Program-made: the position numbers and the translations under genes
Assembly: GCA_964187785.1 (NCBI GenBank)
Contig: OZ076419.1
Location: forward strand, 35,712,001 to 35,776,000
Length of the DNA: 64,000 nucleotides
DNA from: Amphiscolops sp. MND2022
Lineage: Eukaryota
Direction of reading: 5' to 3'
Shown here: positions 12,046-22,555 of the stretch, piece after piece
Numbering within the stretch: the stretch's first letter is position 1
How the letters are laid out: each line of letters opens with the position of its first letter
Notes under the pieces: generated by a model
The model's input: the letters and a program-made list of their open reading frames with translations, nothing else
Told to the model about the DNA's origin: nothing
Database searches by the model: none

Positions 12046-13147
12046 GATACCACTAAACAAATTTTCTAGAAGTAAATTGAAATATACAACAAAAAGCCGA
12101 TGACGGCCTACTAAAATGGACAGGAAGTGAATGAGCGTGAACAGGTCCCGATCAAACCAATTTCCGCTCAAAATGGAACAAGACCAGATAGCTTACCTGT
12201 TGATGTGTGGGGTTGGACTAGTTGCGATGATGCCCTTGTAGAAGGGACACGGGAGACCTTGGCAGCAACCAGCCGAATATAGAGGAGATGCCCACGATCC
12301 GGTGATGGCAAGAAGATTGGGAATGTAAGTACAAAGAAGACTGTTGTAACTATATCACAGACTGATGGACTCAGAGGAATGAAACAACGAGAGAACTAAA
12401 TAATGTAACAATTGATGAGTTATGAAGTTGATGACAATGCAAAAGAATTGGGAGTTCGTGGCAAACTGGATTTGATGTCAAATATTTACACAATTATGGG
12501 TATTATTCGTGGATGGAATCTGCCAGAGAAATCCAAAGAGATATCTTTCGAAAGTCCTATTTTATCGTGGACTTATTATTTTTTACAATTATCATATTAT
12601 CTCATCTATTTCCTTATTTGGATTATTGTTATTTCTTCCGCCATTTTGAAATGCGGACAGCGAAGACGACTCCTATTGGCTATCGCGGCGATGAGACGTG
12701 CGTGGCCTCAAATCTCGACCATTAACTCTTGAAAGTTTCAAGTGGATATCAAGAGCTGGTAAACACTCAAAGGTGTCATTGATGTCTCCAAGCCGCATTA
12801 GGTAAACGACTGAAGTGATGGCGTTAACGAAGCGGCTTATTGTAATCATCAAAGGATGTTTGGAAGAATTTATCAATACGGATGATTATCGGGAAGGGCA
12901 AAACCCCGGGAAAGGAATCACGAGTCTTGAAGTAAATCTCAAATGAAATCAGGAAAAGAAGTTATCATTCTCTCACTTAAAGCCTACAAGTACAGTTGGT
13001 TTTACAACTAAAATTCATAAAACTAATTTCAATCATATACAAAATTGCAAAACAACGTATAAAAACGCGATACATGGCTGATAGATACCCGCAAGACTTT
13101 TGTGAAGAACAGAGCTGTTCTATTTATCCAGCGATGAAGAGGAGGAA

Positions 13148-13459
13148 ATGGACGCATTTAGTACAACGTTCGTGATGGACCTCCAACTATCGTCAGAAGC
13201 TGAAGAATACGACGACGAAATCATGATGTTGGCGCAGTGCGTCGAAATGCAATTATCGGCGCCTATACCAATCCCCGGGCCTTCGACACCGGAAACGGGC
13301 TGTTCTAACTTATTGGACAAGCCGTCAAGATACAGAAAGCCTAACCTGGCACACAGCCCGAGTCCCGCTCCAGACCAGTCTTTCTCCTTTTTGGGAAGGG
13401 GAAAGGGACCGATAAGGCGCAATGCTGTGATTCCATACAAGATTTGCTGTGAAACTTAG
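13148..13459 (+). CDS. Small sense ORF just upstream of the 3' LTR, unknown function
   Basis: 103-aa ORF preceded by acidic DEEEEMD; an analogous acidic stretch (SSEEEEEMD) lies at the same relative position in element B (~21300-21330, minus). The 3' end is cut by the LTR junction. Confidence 0.3.
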   Translation: MDAFSTTFVMDLQLSSEAEEYDDEIMMLAQCVEMQLSAPIPIPGPSTPETGCSNLLDKPSRYRKPNLAHSPSPAPDQSFSFLGRGKGPIRRNAVIPYKICCET

Positions 13460-15901
13460 TATTGTCTACAGGAACAAATTAATTATTTTCTCCTGATTAA
13501 ATATTTTCAATGCCATCCACAAGGAGACAAAAGGCCAAGGCCAGAAAGTCAAGCGAACAAGATATGCTTTCTGATAACGATATTATGGACGTAATGTTAG
13601 GTGAAGGAAATTCCAATTCCTAGAAAGAGATATGGACAGTTTGATTAATGTCCCTGAAGGGCAGCATGACTTTCAGTCCTTCCCGAACAGAGAAAACTCA
13701 TCTCAAGAGAATGAAATTAGGGATATCGATAAAAGAAATGAGCCTGTTAGAGAAAGTAGACTAATGGAGTCGATCAACATGTTGTCTGGAGAAATGAAGG
13801 CTAGGATGTCACGTGAAATTGAGACAATGATGGACCTCATGCACACACAAGTTGGCAGCGCCATTAGCTCTGCCGTAAGTGAGAGAATTTTTCCAGAGTT
13901 ACAAAACTTGGTGGAAAATTTGCCTTTGAGTCAGCATGGCGTTGAGCCGTGCACGTCCACATCGAGGATGGAATTAGGAATGTATGGAAGAACGCAAATA
14001 CAAAATTAACAAAGAAGGACTCAAGGTCCGTTTGTGATTTAAGGGATCATGCGGGCAACGTTCCTTACATGGTAAGGGAGCTAACGAACTCCAACAGCAG
14101 GTTCCTGAATTCCTCACAGGACGAATTCACTCTCAACCAGACCTTCAGAGACAAGAATCCACGCAGGATACAACCCTGGACACAACTCTACTTGTATCTA
14201 TTTTTAGCTTGTTTGCTTTTTTTAGTAGCATGACTGTCAAAATCACGGATGTCATGCTAACTTGGGTATAAATATGCCCAAGTTGGCCCTCACAATTAAT
14301 CATCCTAGTGATACGGTTATTGTTCAGTTGCTGTTATACAAGTTGTACAAGATTTACTGTGAAACCTAGTTCATATTGTCTACAGGAATAATTTAATTAT
14401 TTTCTCCTGGTTAAGTATTTTCAATGCCCTCCACAAGGAGACAAAAAACCAAGGCCAGAAAGTCAAGAGAACTAGAGATGCTTTCTGATAACGATATTAT
14501 GGACGTAATGTTAGGTGAAGGAAATTCCAATTCTATAGAAAGAGATATGGACAGTTTGATTAATGTCCCTGAAGGGCAGCATGACTTTCAGTCCTTCCCG
14601 AACAGAGAAAACTCATCTCAAGAGAATGAAATTAGGGATATCGATAAAAGAAATGAGCCTGTTAGAGAAAGTAGACTAATGGAGTCGATCAACATGTTGT
14701 CTGGAGAAATGAATGCTAGGATGTCACGTGAAATGGAGACAATGATGGACCTCATGCACACACAAATTGGCAGCGCCATTAGCTCTGCCGTAAGTGAGAG
14801 AATCATTCCAGAGATACAAAACATGGTGGAAAATTTGCCTTTGAGTCAACATGGCGTTGAGCCGTGCACGTCCACAAACGAGGATGGAATTAGGAATGTA
14901 TGGAAGAACGCAAATACAAAATTAACAAAGAAGGACTCAAGGTCCGTTTGTGATTTAAGGGATCATGCGGGCAACGTTGCTTACATGGTGAGGGAGCTAA
15001 CGAACTCCAACAGCAGGTTCCTGAATTCCTCACTGGGCGAATTCACTCTCAACCAGACCTTCAGAGACAAAAATCCACGCAGGATACAACCCTGGACACA
15101 ACTCTACCTGTATCTATTTTTAGCTTGTTTGCTTTTTTTAGTAGCATGATTGTCAAAATCACGGATGTCATGCTAACTTGGGTATAAAAATGCCCAAGTT
15201 GGCCCTCACAATTAATCATCCTAGTGATACGGTTATTGTTCAGTTGCTCTTATACAAGTTGTACAAGATTTACTGTGAAACCTAGTTCATATTGTCTACA
15301 GGAACAATTTAATTATTTTCTCCTGGTTAAATATTTTCAATGCCCTCCACAAGGAGACAAAAAGCCAAGGCCAGAAAGTCAAGAGAACTAGATATGCTTT
15401 CTGATTACGGTAATATGGGCGTAATGTTAGGTGAAGGAAATTCCAATTCTATAGAAAGAGAATTGGACAGTCTGATTAATGTCCCTGAAGGGCAGCATGA
15501 CTTTCAGTCCTTCCCGAACAGAGAAAATTCATCTCAAGAGAATGAAATTAGGGATATCGATAGTAGAAATGAGCCTGTTAGAGAAATTAGACTAATGGAG
15601 TCGATAATTATGTTGTCTGGAGAAATGAATGCTAGGATGCCACGTGAAATGGAGACAACGGTGGACCTAATGCACACACAAATTGGCAAGGCCATTAGCT
15701 CTCCCATAAGTCAGAGAATCATTCCAGAGATACAAAACATGGTGGAAAAACTGCCTTTGAGTCAACATGGCGTTGAGCCGTGCACGTCCACAAACGAGGA
15801 TGCAATTAGGAATGTATGGAAGAACGCAAATACGAAATTAACAAAGAAGGACTCAAGGTCCGGTTGTGATTTAAGGGATCATGCGGGCAACGTTCCTTAC
15901 A
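13436..15901 (+). repeat. 3' LTR tandem array of element A: ~2.7 copies of a 916-bp unit (LTR 3' half + PBS + ~125 bp internal)
   Basis: Junctions CTCTAC(C/T)TGT|ATCTATTTT at 14193 and 15109; ATGs at 14424 and 15340 (period 916); the last copy stops at the LTR-terminal CA. Confidence 0.9.
14424..15149 (+). CDS. Open Gag N-terminal fragment ORF in array copy 2 (241 aa, chimeric C-terminus)
   Basis: ORF track MPSTRRQK...; homologous to 1001-1690. Expression unknown. Confidence 0.45.
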   Translation: MPSTRRQKTKARKSRELEMLSDNDIMDVMLGEGNSNSIERDMDSLINVPEGQHDFQSFPNRENSSQENEIRDIDKRNEPVRESRLMESINMLSGEMNARMSREMETMMDLMHTQIGSAISSAVSERIIPEIQNMVENLPLSQHGVEPCTSTNEDGIRNVWKNANTKLTKKDSRSVCDLRDHAGNVAYMVRELTNSNSRFLNSSLGEFTLNQTFRDKNPRRIQPWTQLYLYLFLACLLFLVA

Positions 15902-15954
15902 CTTATCTTTCGAAAAATCTGCAAAAAAAATCAGGATTTTTGCAAGAGCTGTGA
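15340..15954 (+). CDS. Open Gag N-terminal fragment ORF in the terminal LTR copy (204 aa, runs into flank)
   Basis: ORF track; homologous to 1001-1562. Expression unknown. Confidence 0.45.
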   Translation: MPSTRRQKAKARKSRELDMLSDYGNMGVMLGEGNSNSIERELDSLINVPEGQHDFQSFPNRENSSQENEIRDIDSRNEPVREIRLMESIIMLSGEMNARMPREMETTVDLMHTQIGKAISSPISQRIIPEIQNMVEKLPLSQHGVEPCTSTNEDAIRNVWKNANTKLTKKDSRSGCDLRDHAGNVPYTYLSKNLQKKSGFLQEL

Positions 15955-16088
15955 TTCTTGTAACTTAGAGATTGCGACACCCAATTTTAATTTTATTTTC
16001 ATACCTTGAAAGAGAGATTGAATTTTATTTGCCCAGTGTTTTACATAGACCTAACACAGCATCTCTTTTAGTTGTCTCGTGAAGCACG

Positions 16089-17135
16089 CGTCATGCCTGA
16101 TGCATGAGAACGTTGAACAGAGATGTGGTTAACTACACGACATTCGAGAGTCGAGACATGAAATCAACAAACAGTACATGAACACAGATGAAGGAAAAGA
16201 ATGTAGTTAACCAAACCACATCATCAAACTTGAACTCAAATCTTTCAGATGCATCATATATATTTATTATTCAAATGGCTTCGCTATCTTTTAGCCATAA
16301 TCATACGTTTTCTACATGTACCTTTTAAATCAATTTTATGATACATTATATATGATACATTATATAATTAAACATGTATTGTGGGTGACACACCATCACT
16401 CATCTTCGTAACCAACGCTCAAATTAACCATTTGCTCATACGATGTTGGCAACCTTGCCACATTGCAATACTAAACGAATATACCAACTAGTGAGTCATG
16501 TAACTATAGTAACACATTTACATTATATTTCGGTGCAATATCAAGCTAAAACTCAAATTGCCCAATTTCTAATCGAGGTGCGAATTAACACCACCATAAT
16601 ACTGCAATGCGATTGGTCCATGTGGTCACGTGACAGAAATCGACATACTCAATAGCCAGTACGAGAGTGCCACCAGTAGAATTTGCGAAGGTATAACGTG
16701 CAGTTGCTAACCACATTCATATTCGTATACAACTAACCTCATCATACCAATATTTGAACCGATTTATCACAATAACCCCTTAAAACCTCATGAAACTCCA
16801 GTATTTTTCCATTATGGTTAATACTAGATCTCAGACAACTAAAACTAACCCAACAAGTATGAACGGAACAGATAGAAACAGTGATGCAGAGAGCGAAGAC
16901 AGTGTGCCTGATGTTCTAACAAAAGAACAGATGAACTAAGTTGATGATGGAGACTTACTAGATAATCGAAATGAGGGTGAACGACATACAGTAAATCAAA
17001 GGTTCTCCGAGATGAAAAAACAATTTACCGAAGTGACGAACTTAGTTTTAGTGCTAACAGAAAAGATTTCCTCTAGCAATAGAGAAGCGAACGAGCTAAA
17101 CACGGTCTCAATTGGACATGGGACCCGTGCCGACA
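16089..17135 (+). mobile_element. Solo LTR of a third Gypsy-like family
   Basis: Termini CGTCA(TG->CG)...CGACA flanked by a perfect 5-bp GCACG duplication (16084-16088, 17136-17140). Internal ATG at 16859 opens a gag-N-like frame (one stop) that runs to the LTR end. Confidence 0.75.
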
Positions 17136-18246
17136 GCACGATTGATTCAGACGTCCTCAAGTACTTCAATTCTGGAAGTCAAGTTTTCTATACTTTGGTA
17201 CGTAACGTCTGGAGTAATGTTTCGCTAGGACCACAAAACTAGAACAGTTTATTGATCAACGCGGAAGGTGCCATCACGCTGATCAAGCTGCCCGGTGAAG
17301 ATAGTTTAACCTATGGTTTTCTTCTATGAACTTTTCTCAAACTTGATTTCTCGTTCGAGAGGCTTTAAAAAGTATTGCAACTATTTTCCCTAACTGGATA
17401 GTACCCTATGCAGAATTTCTCAAGGATCCGGAAACATGATGGACATTTTTGAATTGTTTGTGATTTGCAACAGACTCAGTCGGTTTTCGTTGAAAAGTGA
17501 ATTGTAGAACAGAGAGAAACCAACAGCGAAATACAGACAGAAGAAAAAGTGGAAAGAGTGCTAATTGTGCAACTAGGTTCACACAATACAAAGCATGTTG
17601 CCCATTATAAAGCTACATTTTTACATTGCACAACGAGTTTTTGCTGATTTTTTTTTTGCTTTGCCATGTCAGTTTTCGGAAGGAATCGCAGGCTTTCCAC
17701 CTGACTACGATTGGTTACAAAGGTGAAATGTCCCCGCAAAGTAATTAAACAACATGATCGACCAGAGAGTTTCCGGAAAAGCGCGAACACACTTCAAAGT
17801 TTCATGTTATTTGCGTACTATTGATGAAGTCACAACATTGACTCTAGCCCATGCAACAAAATCTCATGTTTCTAGCTGGTTAATTAACACATAAATAATT
17901 AACGTTAAAACATTACCGCATAGTTACAATATTTGATATGTAACGAGAAGCAGTCGTCGTTGCTTCTTCGTCAATGAAGACGGAGAAACTCATGACATGG
18001 GTATTTGCCGGGACAGGCGCCCATGGCCACGAGCCCATTTTGCCTCCTGAGGTAAAACATGTTCCGCCAGGAGAGGATTCCGCCTCTAAAGAGCTTTTGC
18101 CAACCTATCCCAGTCTGCAATTGCTACCAGTAACGGGCATATTGATAGCAGCTTGATAAAAGTTTAAAACAACAGGGAAAGATTTTCGCATGAAAGTTTC
18201 CGTAAGAGTTTTACAAAAACATTAAAAAAGTTGCTGGCAACATTAA

Positions 18247-18443
18247 AGTACATCCAAAAAGTTCAAGCAGTTCCAACAAGGGTATCTCTGGTGGCGGCTT
18301 TTTGTGTTTCTGCTCAGTCTGCTTTTTGCTTTTACCGCTATCAGTTTTACATTTAATTTAATGCAAAATACCTTCAGTCGCGTGATAAACTGCAAATTGG
18401 CGTCGTCTTCAGCGTGCTATTCCAGAAGCGGTAATCACATTAG
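18247..18443 (+). other. Possible host exon with a hydrophobic signal/anchor segment
   Basis: Open frame ...GYLWWRLFVFLLSLLFAFTAISFTFNLMQNTFSRVINC... ending at a strong donor AG|GTGAGT (18444); no in-frame ATG before the hydrophobic stretch. Confidence 0.3.
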
Positions 18444-18970
18444 GTGAGTAGTTGAGAAAACAAATGTGAACAGAAAGTGATTGTGTCGGTAATGAAGTGA
18501 AATTTATTTTCAAAATTAATTGCAGCTGTAGAAAATGCAGTGCAATTGTACTTGATTTGTCACCCGAAGTTCACTGAAATTTCTAGGATTTTTAAAAAGT
18601 TACCCTCCATGCAGGCCTGCAGCATGTAAAAAGTTCCTGCAGTTTCAAGTAAGGAAATGAAAACTTTTGTGTTTGAAGTTTAGAATGAGAAATGCTCAGG
18701 AAAAAATCATTTTTGAAAATGTGAACAAATTGTCAAAGTATTTATTCGTCAACAAAGCGAAGCTCTTGAGAATTGATTGGGTTGAACTTGCAGCTGAAGG
18801 TTATTCATTTTTTTGTGAATTCATTACCCATTTCACTGTTGTTACATTTTTCAGTGTCTGGCAATGGATTATGAGTTGTGTTTTAGAACTAAATCTTTTA
18901 CAAAGATCATTCAATATCAGGACATTTTTGATTTTTTTGCACTTGGAATTCGATCGACTGTTAAAGTTTG

Positions 18971-20685
18971 TGTCGCGATTTTGTTCGCTATTATAAAAAT
19001 CTACTGAACTCTGGCGAGGCATTTGTCTGCCGTTTTGCTGCAAAAAACACCTTTTGGGACGATTTTCCCACGTTTTCTGAGTATTTTCTGCTTCGGGGTT
19101 CCGTTGTAGCCCACTGGACCTTTGGTCCTCCTTGGTGGAATTAGCCACCTTTGGGCCAGAATGTGGCCCGGCAGACCCTCGGTCCACCATGGTAAATTTA
19201 GTTCTCCTCTGCATTTTCAACGTATTTTGAATAGAAGGAAGTATTGTACTAGTTATTGCTGATGTTATTGCATCTTGTATTTGGGAATTCAGACTAGTTT
19301 TGATTTCCTAGAGTCTTCTGGATATTTGATAAAAAATTTCTTCAATAATCAACCCTGTCGTTTCAATAGTTATCTCACTGTTTTCTCTATTATTGGTGAC
19401 AAGTGACCTAAAGTCTTCTCCCGTTAAATTAGAGTTTCTTTGAGGCCTGCCTGACTCTGAATCCAAATTGAGTTCATTACCGCTTTGAACCCTTTCTTAT
19501 CACTTCTCGAGTAACTTCCTAACATTACATCAACATTTTCTACATCAGACATAATGTCTTACTGTCTTGAACGTCTTTCTTTAGCCTTTTGCTTGCTTGT
19601 AGAAGGCATTGAAGAATGTCCAAATTCAACAACAATAAATTACTAGTATAACTTGGATATCTATATAATTGTCAAAAAAAGCGTACAATCAGTATTGAAG
19701 GCAAACTTGTGATAACACAATTGGTGGCAGTAATTTCAAATCAAGTCGTCTCAAGGCAGGATTTTCAAAAAAGATCCCCGGTCTTCCTGCCTTTACTATA
19801 TATACTTTACATTGCATGACAAGCATATTTCCAGTGGTCATAATACTAAAAAGAGCAATTGGGTTGCTTTAGGGCATGTGATATCATAATTACGTCAAGA
19901 TACGTCATGTTATTTATATAGCATCAAAGTGAACCGGGTTCAAAGAGGAAAAAAGGGAAGCGTCTTAGCCTTTCAATTTGAAATGAATATAGTGTAGACA
20001 CACGTAAATATGAATGAGTACATGTCTATCCAAATACTACAAGACAGCTAAATACTATGATGGACGATTTGTCAGTTAATAATAGCGTACCTGACTTAAT
20101 GTCCGAATAACTACCTCACACTTCATGCAAAACCTTTGTTGAATAAATACATCCATCGCGTACCTTAGGTGCGCACAGCTACTGCATAGTATACTTGAAC
20201 TGCTGGGATGACAACAAACAAAACCATGGCAGACTTGTGGTCTGCACAACTTCTGCAAATATATGTAGTAATACAGCGCTGGTATTGGTTGATTAAACAG
20301 GGACGGCGTGTACACCGATCGTCAACAAAAGTTCATTTGAACTCGTTTCCTGATTGCGTTTAATGGAAAGTTTACAGCACCGTTAAATTACATTCAGTTT
20401 GTCATATAACAGTATCTTTCAATCAACTAAACAGGCACAAGACTTTTACTAATTGTTAAACATAACCCCATCGACTAAAGTCACAATATCTAATGTGGCT
20501 GTGTGGACTGCAAGTTTTTCACGGTGAAAACGTAAAATGCTAACAATAGAATAATATCGATTGAAGTTTTAAAGTACTTGTAGTATTAATTGTCTAAATT
20601 GGAATTACTCCGGGTAGCGGGTTAGTTTCTGAGTCTTCTTGGGGAATTTGATAGGAAATCCCGTCGCAAGCGGCAGCCTGCGACA
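18971..20685 (-). repeat. 3' LTR of element B
   Basis: Direct repeat of 35170-36902 (roughly 90% identical by eye); 6-bp terminal inverted repeat TGTCGC/GCGACA. Confidence 0.93.
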
Positions 20686-20694
20686 CTCCCCTAG
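20686..20694 (-). promoter_or_regulatory. Short polypurine tract (CTAGGGGAG)
   Basis: Immediately 5' of the 3' LTR on the minus strand. Confidence 0.55.
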
Positions 20695-22555
20695 GGACAA
20701 AGACAACTGTCCTCTGGTTCATACCTTCTAAGTAAGCATTCCTATGTCATTGTCGTTCTTGATATGATCCGTCTCGTCTCGAAGTTGACTCGAGGTATGT
20801 AAGGACCGCCGTTTCACGGATTTGTTCGTAGGAGCGTCCGCATAAACCGCTGCATTCGGCTCACCGCAGTTGGCCCCCATCCGAACACTGATTCATTGAG
20901 TGTGTGTTTTCAAAGGGACAGTGAAATCCGTGACATTCGGTCCTGCATAGTCATAACGTAAATAACTAGGACCTTGTTAACTCAGCGGGGGAGATAAGGA
21001 CGTGTCCACTAACGGAATCAGATTGGAACACTGACCGATGGGGCAATTGTTTTTCTGTCCCAAATCTTTTGGTCCTGTCTCAAGCTGAACTTTTGTGGGG
21101 TGAAATTCCTCTGGCCACAGGTCCACCAAGTCGTCCCACGGGAATTCAGGCAATCCATCGTCAAAACAAGTTGAGAGATCAGTTGTCATTTTGCGGGGCG
21201 TAGTCGGTTTTGACGATGGGAACGTGTCGATAGCAAGCAATTACCTCGATATCGCTGTCGTCTGAATGACGTGCGGTCCCTCTCCACAGACACCGATAAT
21301 ATGTCCACATCCATTTCTTCTTCCTCTTCTGACGAGAATAGGCCGGGCTCACCAGAGAATGTGTCATTTCGTCAAAGACAAATTGCATTTCCATTTTATT
21401 TTGATATCTCAGGAGAAAGACTTTCTTCGCAATCCAATTTTGGGGTTTATTAAAATCGACTGTGTTTCATTTTTAAATCAGAATGAATGATTCTCTCTTG
21501 GGCTAATGGTCTTCCCGTTTTTGCGGGATTTCTCCGGCGGGGAAAACTGTTTCTGAACTTACCTAAATCTTTACCGAACATTCCATATATGTAATCCTAC
21601 CCAATTTCCCGAATTGATAACTAAGGTAAACTTCATGGTAATTGGTACTTGACGGACTCTGTAGTTGTTTACTTTACCACTTGATAGCAGTGAGTTGGCG
21701 CATTAAGAGTTAACTCAAGGTAACTATCCGTAAATAAATCCACTATCGAAGACCTTCGGTCCGCGTGGCTACATCAACTGAATTGACCAATTGGGTGACG
21801 TTGATGAATGAAAGATGAAAACCTGATAGAGCGAATAAAAGTGGCGATTTTATCTAAACTAATACTGATCTACAAAGCAAGGTATAAACATGGATATCGC
21901 TGGCCGGTTCCATCCATGATGAAGAAGTTAACGATTAAATAATATAACCGAGGGAACATGAAATATGTAGCAAAGAAATATAGACCAAAAAACTAATCAG
22001 TAGGCCACGACGTCTATTCATAAGTCAAATAATTAACCGTCTTCAAGTTTCAACACTCTTAGAGTAATTGGTCTTTGAGTAATAGGAAGGTCTGAAAGTG
22101 AAAGTAATATTCATGCGTGATAGTAAACATTTCTGTGCCTGTCTCCTAGTCTTCTTCACATTTCTCGTCCTTTAAAGTCCTGCAATTTGTATTCGCTATC
22201 ATTTGAGTTGATTGTTACGTCAGTTTGAATTCAACCATCCCCTGTAAATTGGACCCTGAGTCGATACAGCTGCAGTGATAGCCAGATCACCGAGTGGTTA
22301 CCCGCTATACCCAGGAAGCGGAAAATTAAGCTTGGGAATTCGCCAACTATTTCCATAACCACCGACACACTAACTGGGCAAGAAAATTCTGCTTTTCTGT
22401 CATGGAAATAAGAACAGGTTGGTTCTCTAAATGCGTCTAGACTCAACTTGATCAACGTTTAGGTTTGACTAACTTTACTTCCTCCATCGTGAAATGTTTT
22501 CAAACTCCGTTGAATGAATTGAATTGTGCTTCCGGAAGCCATTAAAAGCGGTAAG

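Larger units (their letters stand above)
1..15901 (+). mobile_element. Giant Ty3/Gypsy LTR retrotransposon (element A), degenerate; 5' end lies left of the window
   Basis: LTR end ...CCTTACA at 1562 followed by a TGG-type PBS; gag with two CCHC knuckles; PR-RT-RH-INT order; the same LTR end recurs at 15901 followed by unrelated DNA (CTTAT...). Many stops and frameshifts. Confidence 0.92.

Noticed and set aside
12324-12340. TGTAAG after a purine-rich run as the start of element A's 3' LTR
   Set aside because: Downstream sequence does not match window positions 1-780; cannot be tested because the true LTR start lies outside the window.
12412-12876. 106-aa ORF with a hydrophobic stretch considered as env
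   Set aside because: AT-rich, short, no signal peptide, furin site or counterpart in element B; likely chance.
13436-15901. CRISPR-like or satellite interpretation of the repeat array
   Set aside because: Units are 916-bp LTR derivatives with no unique spacers.
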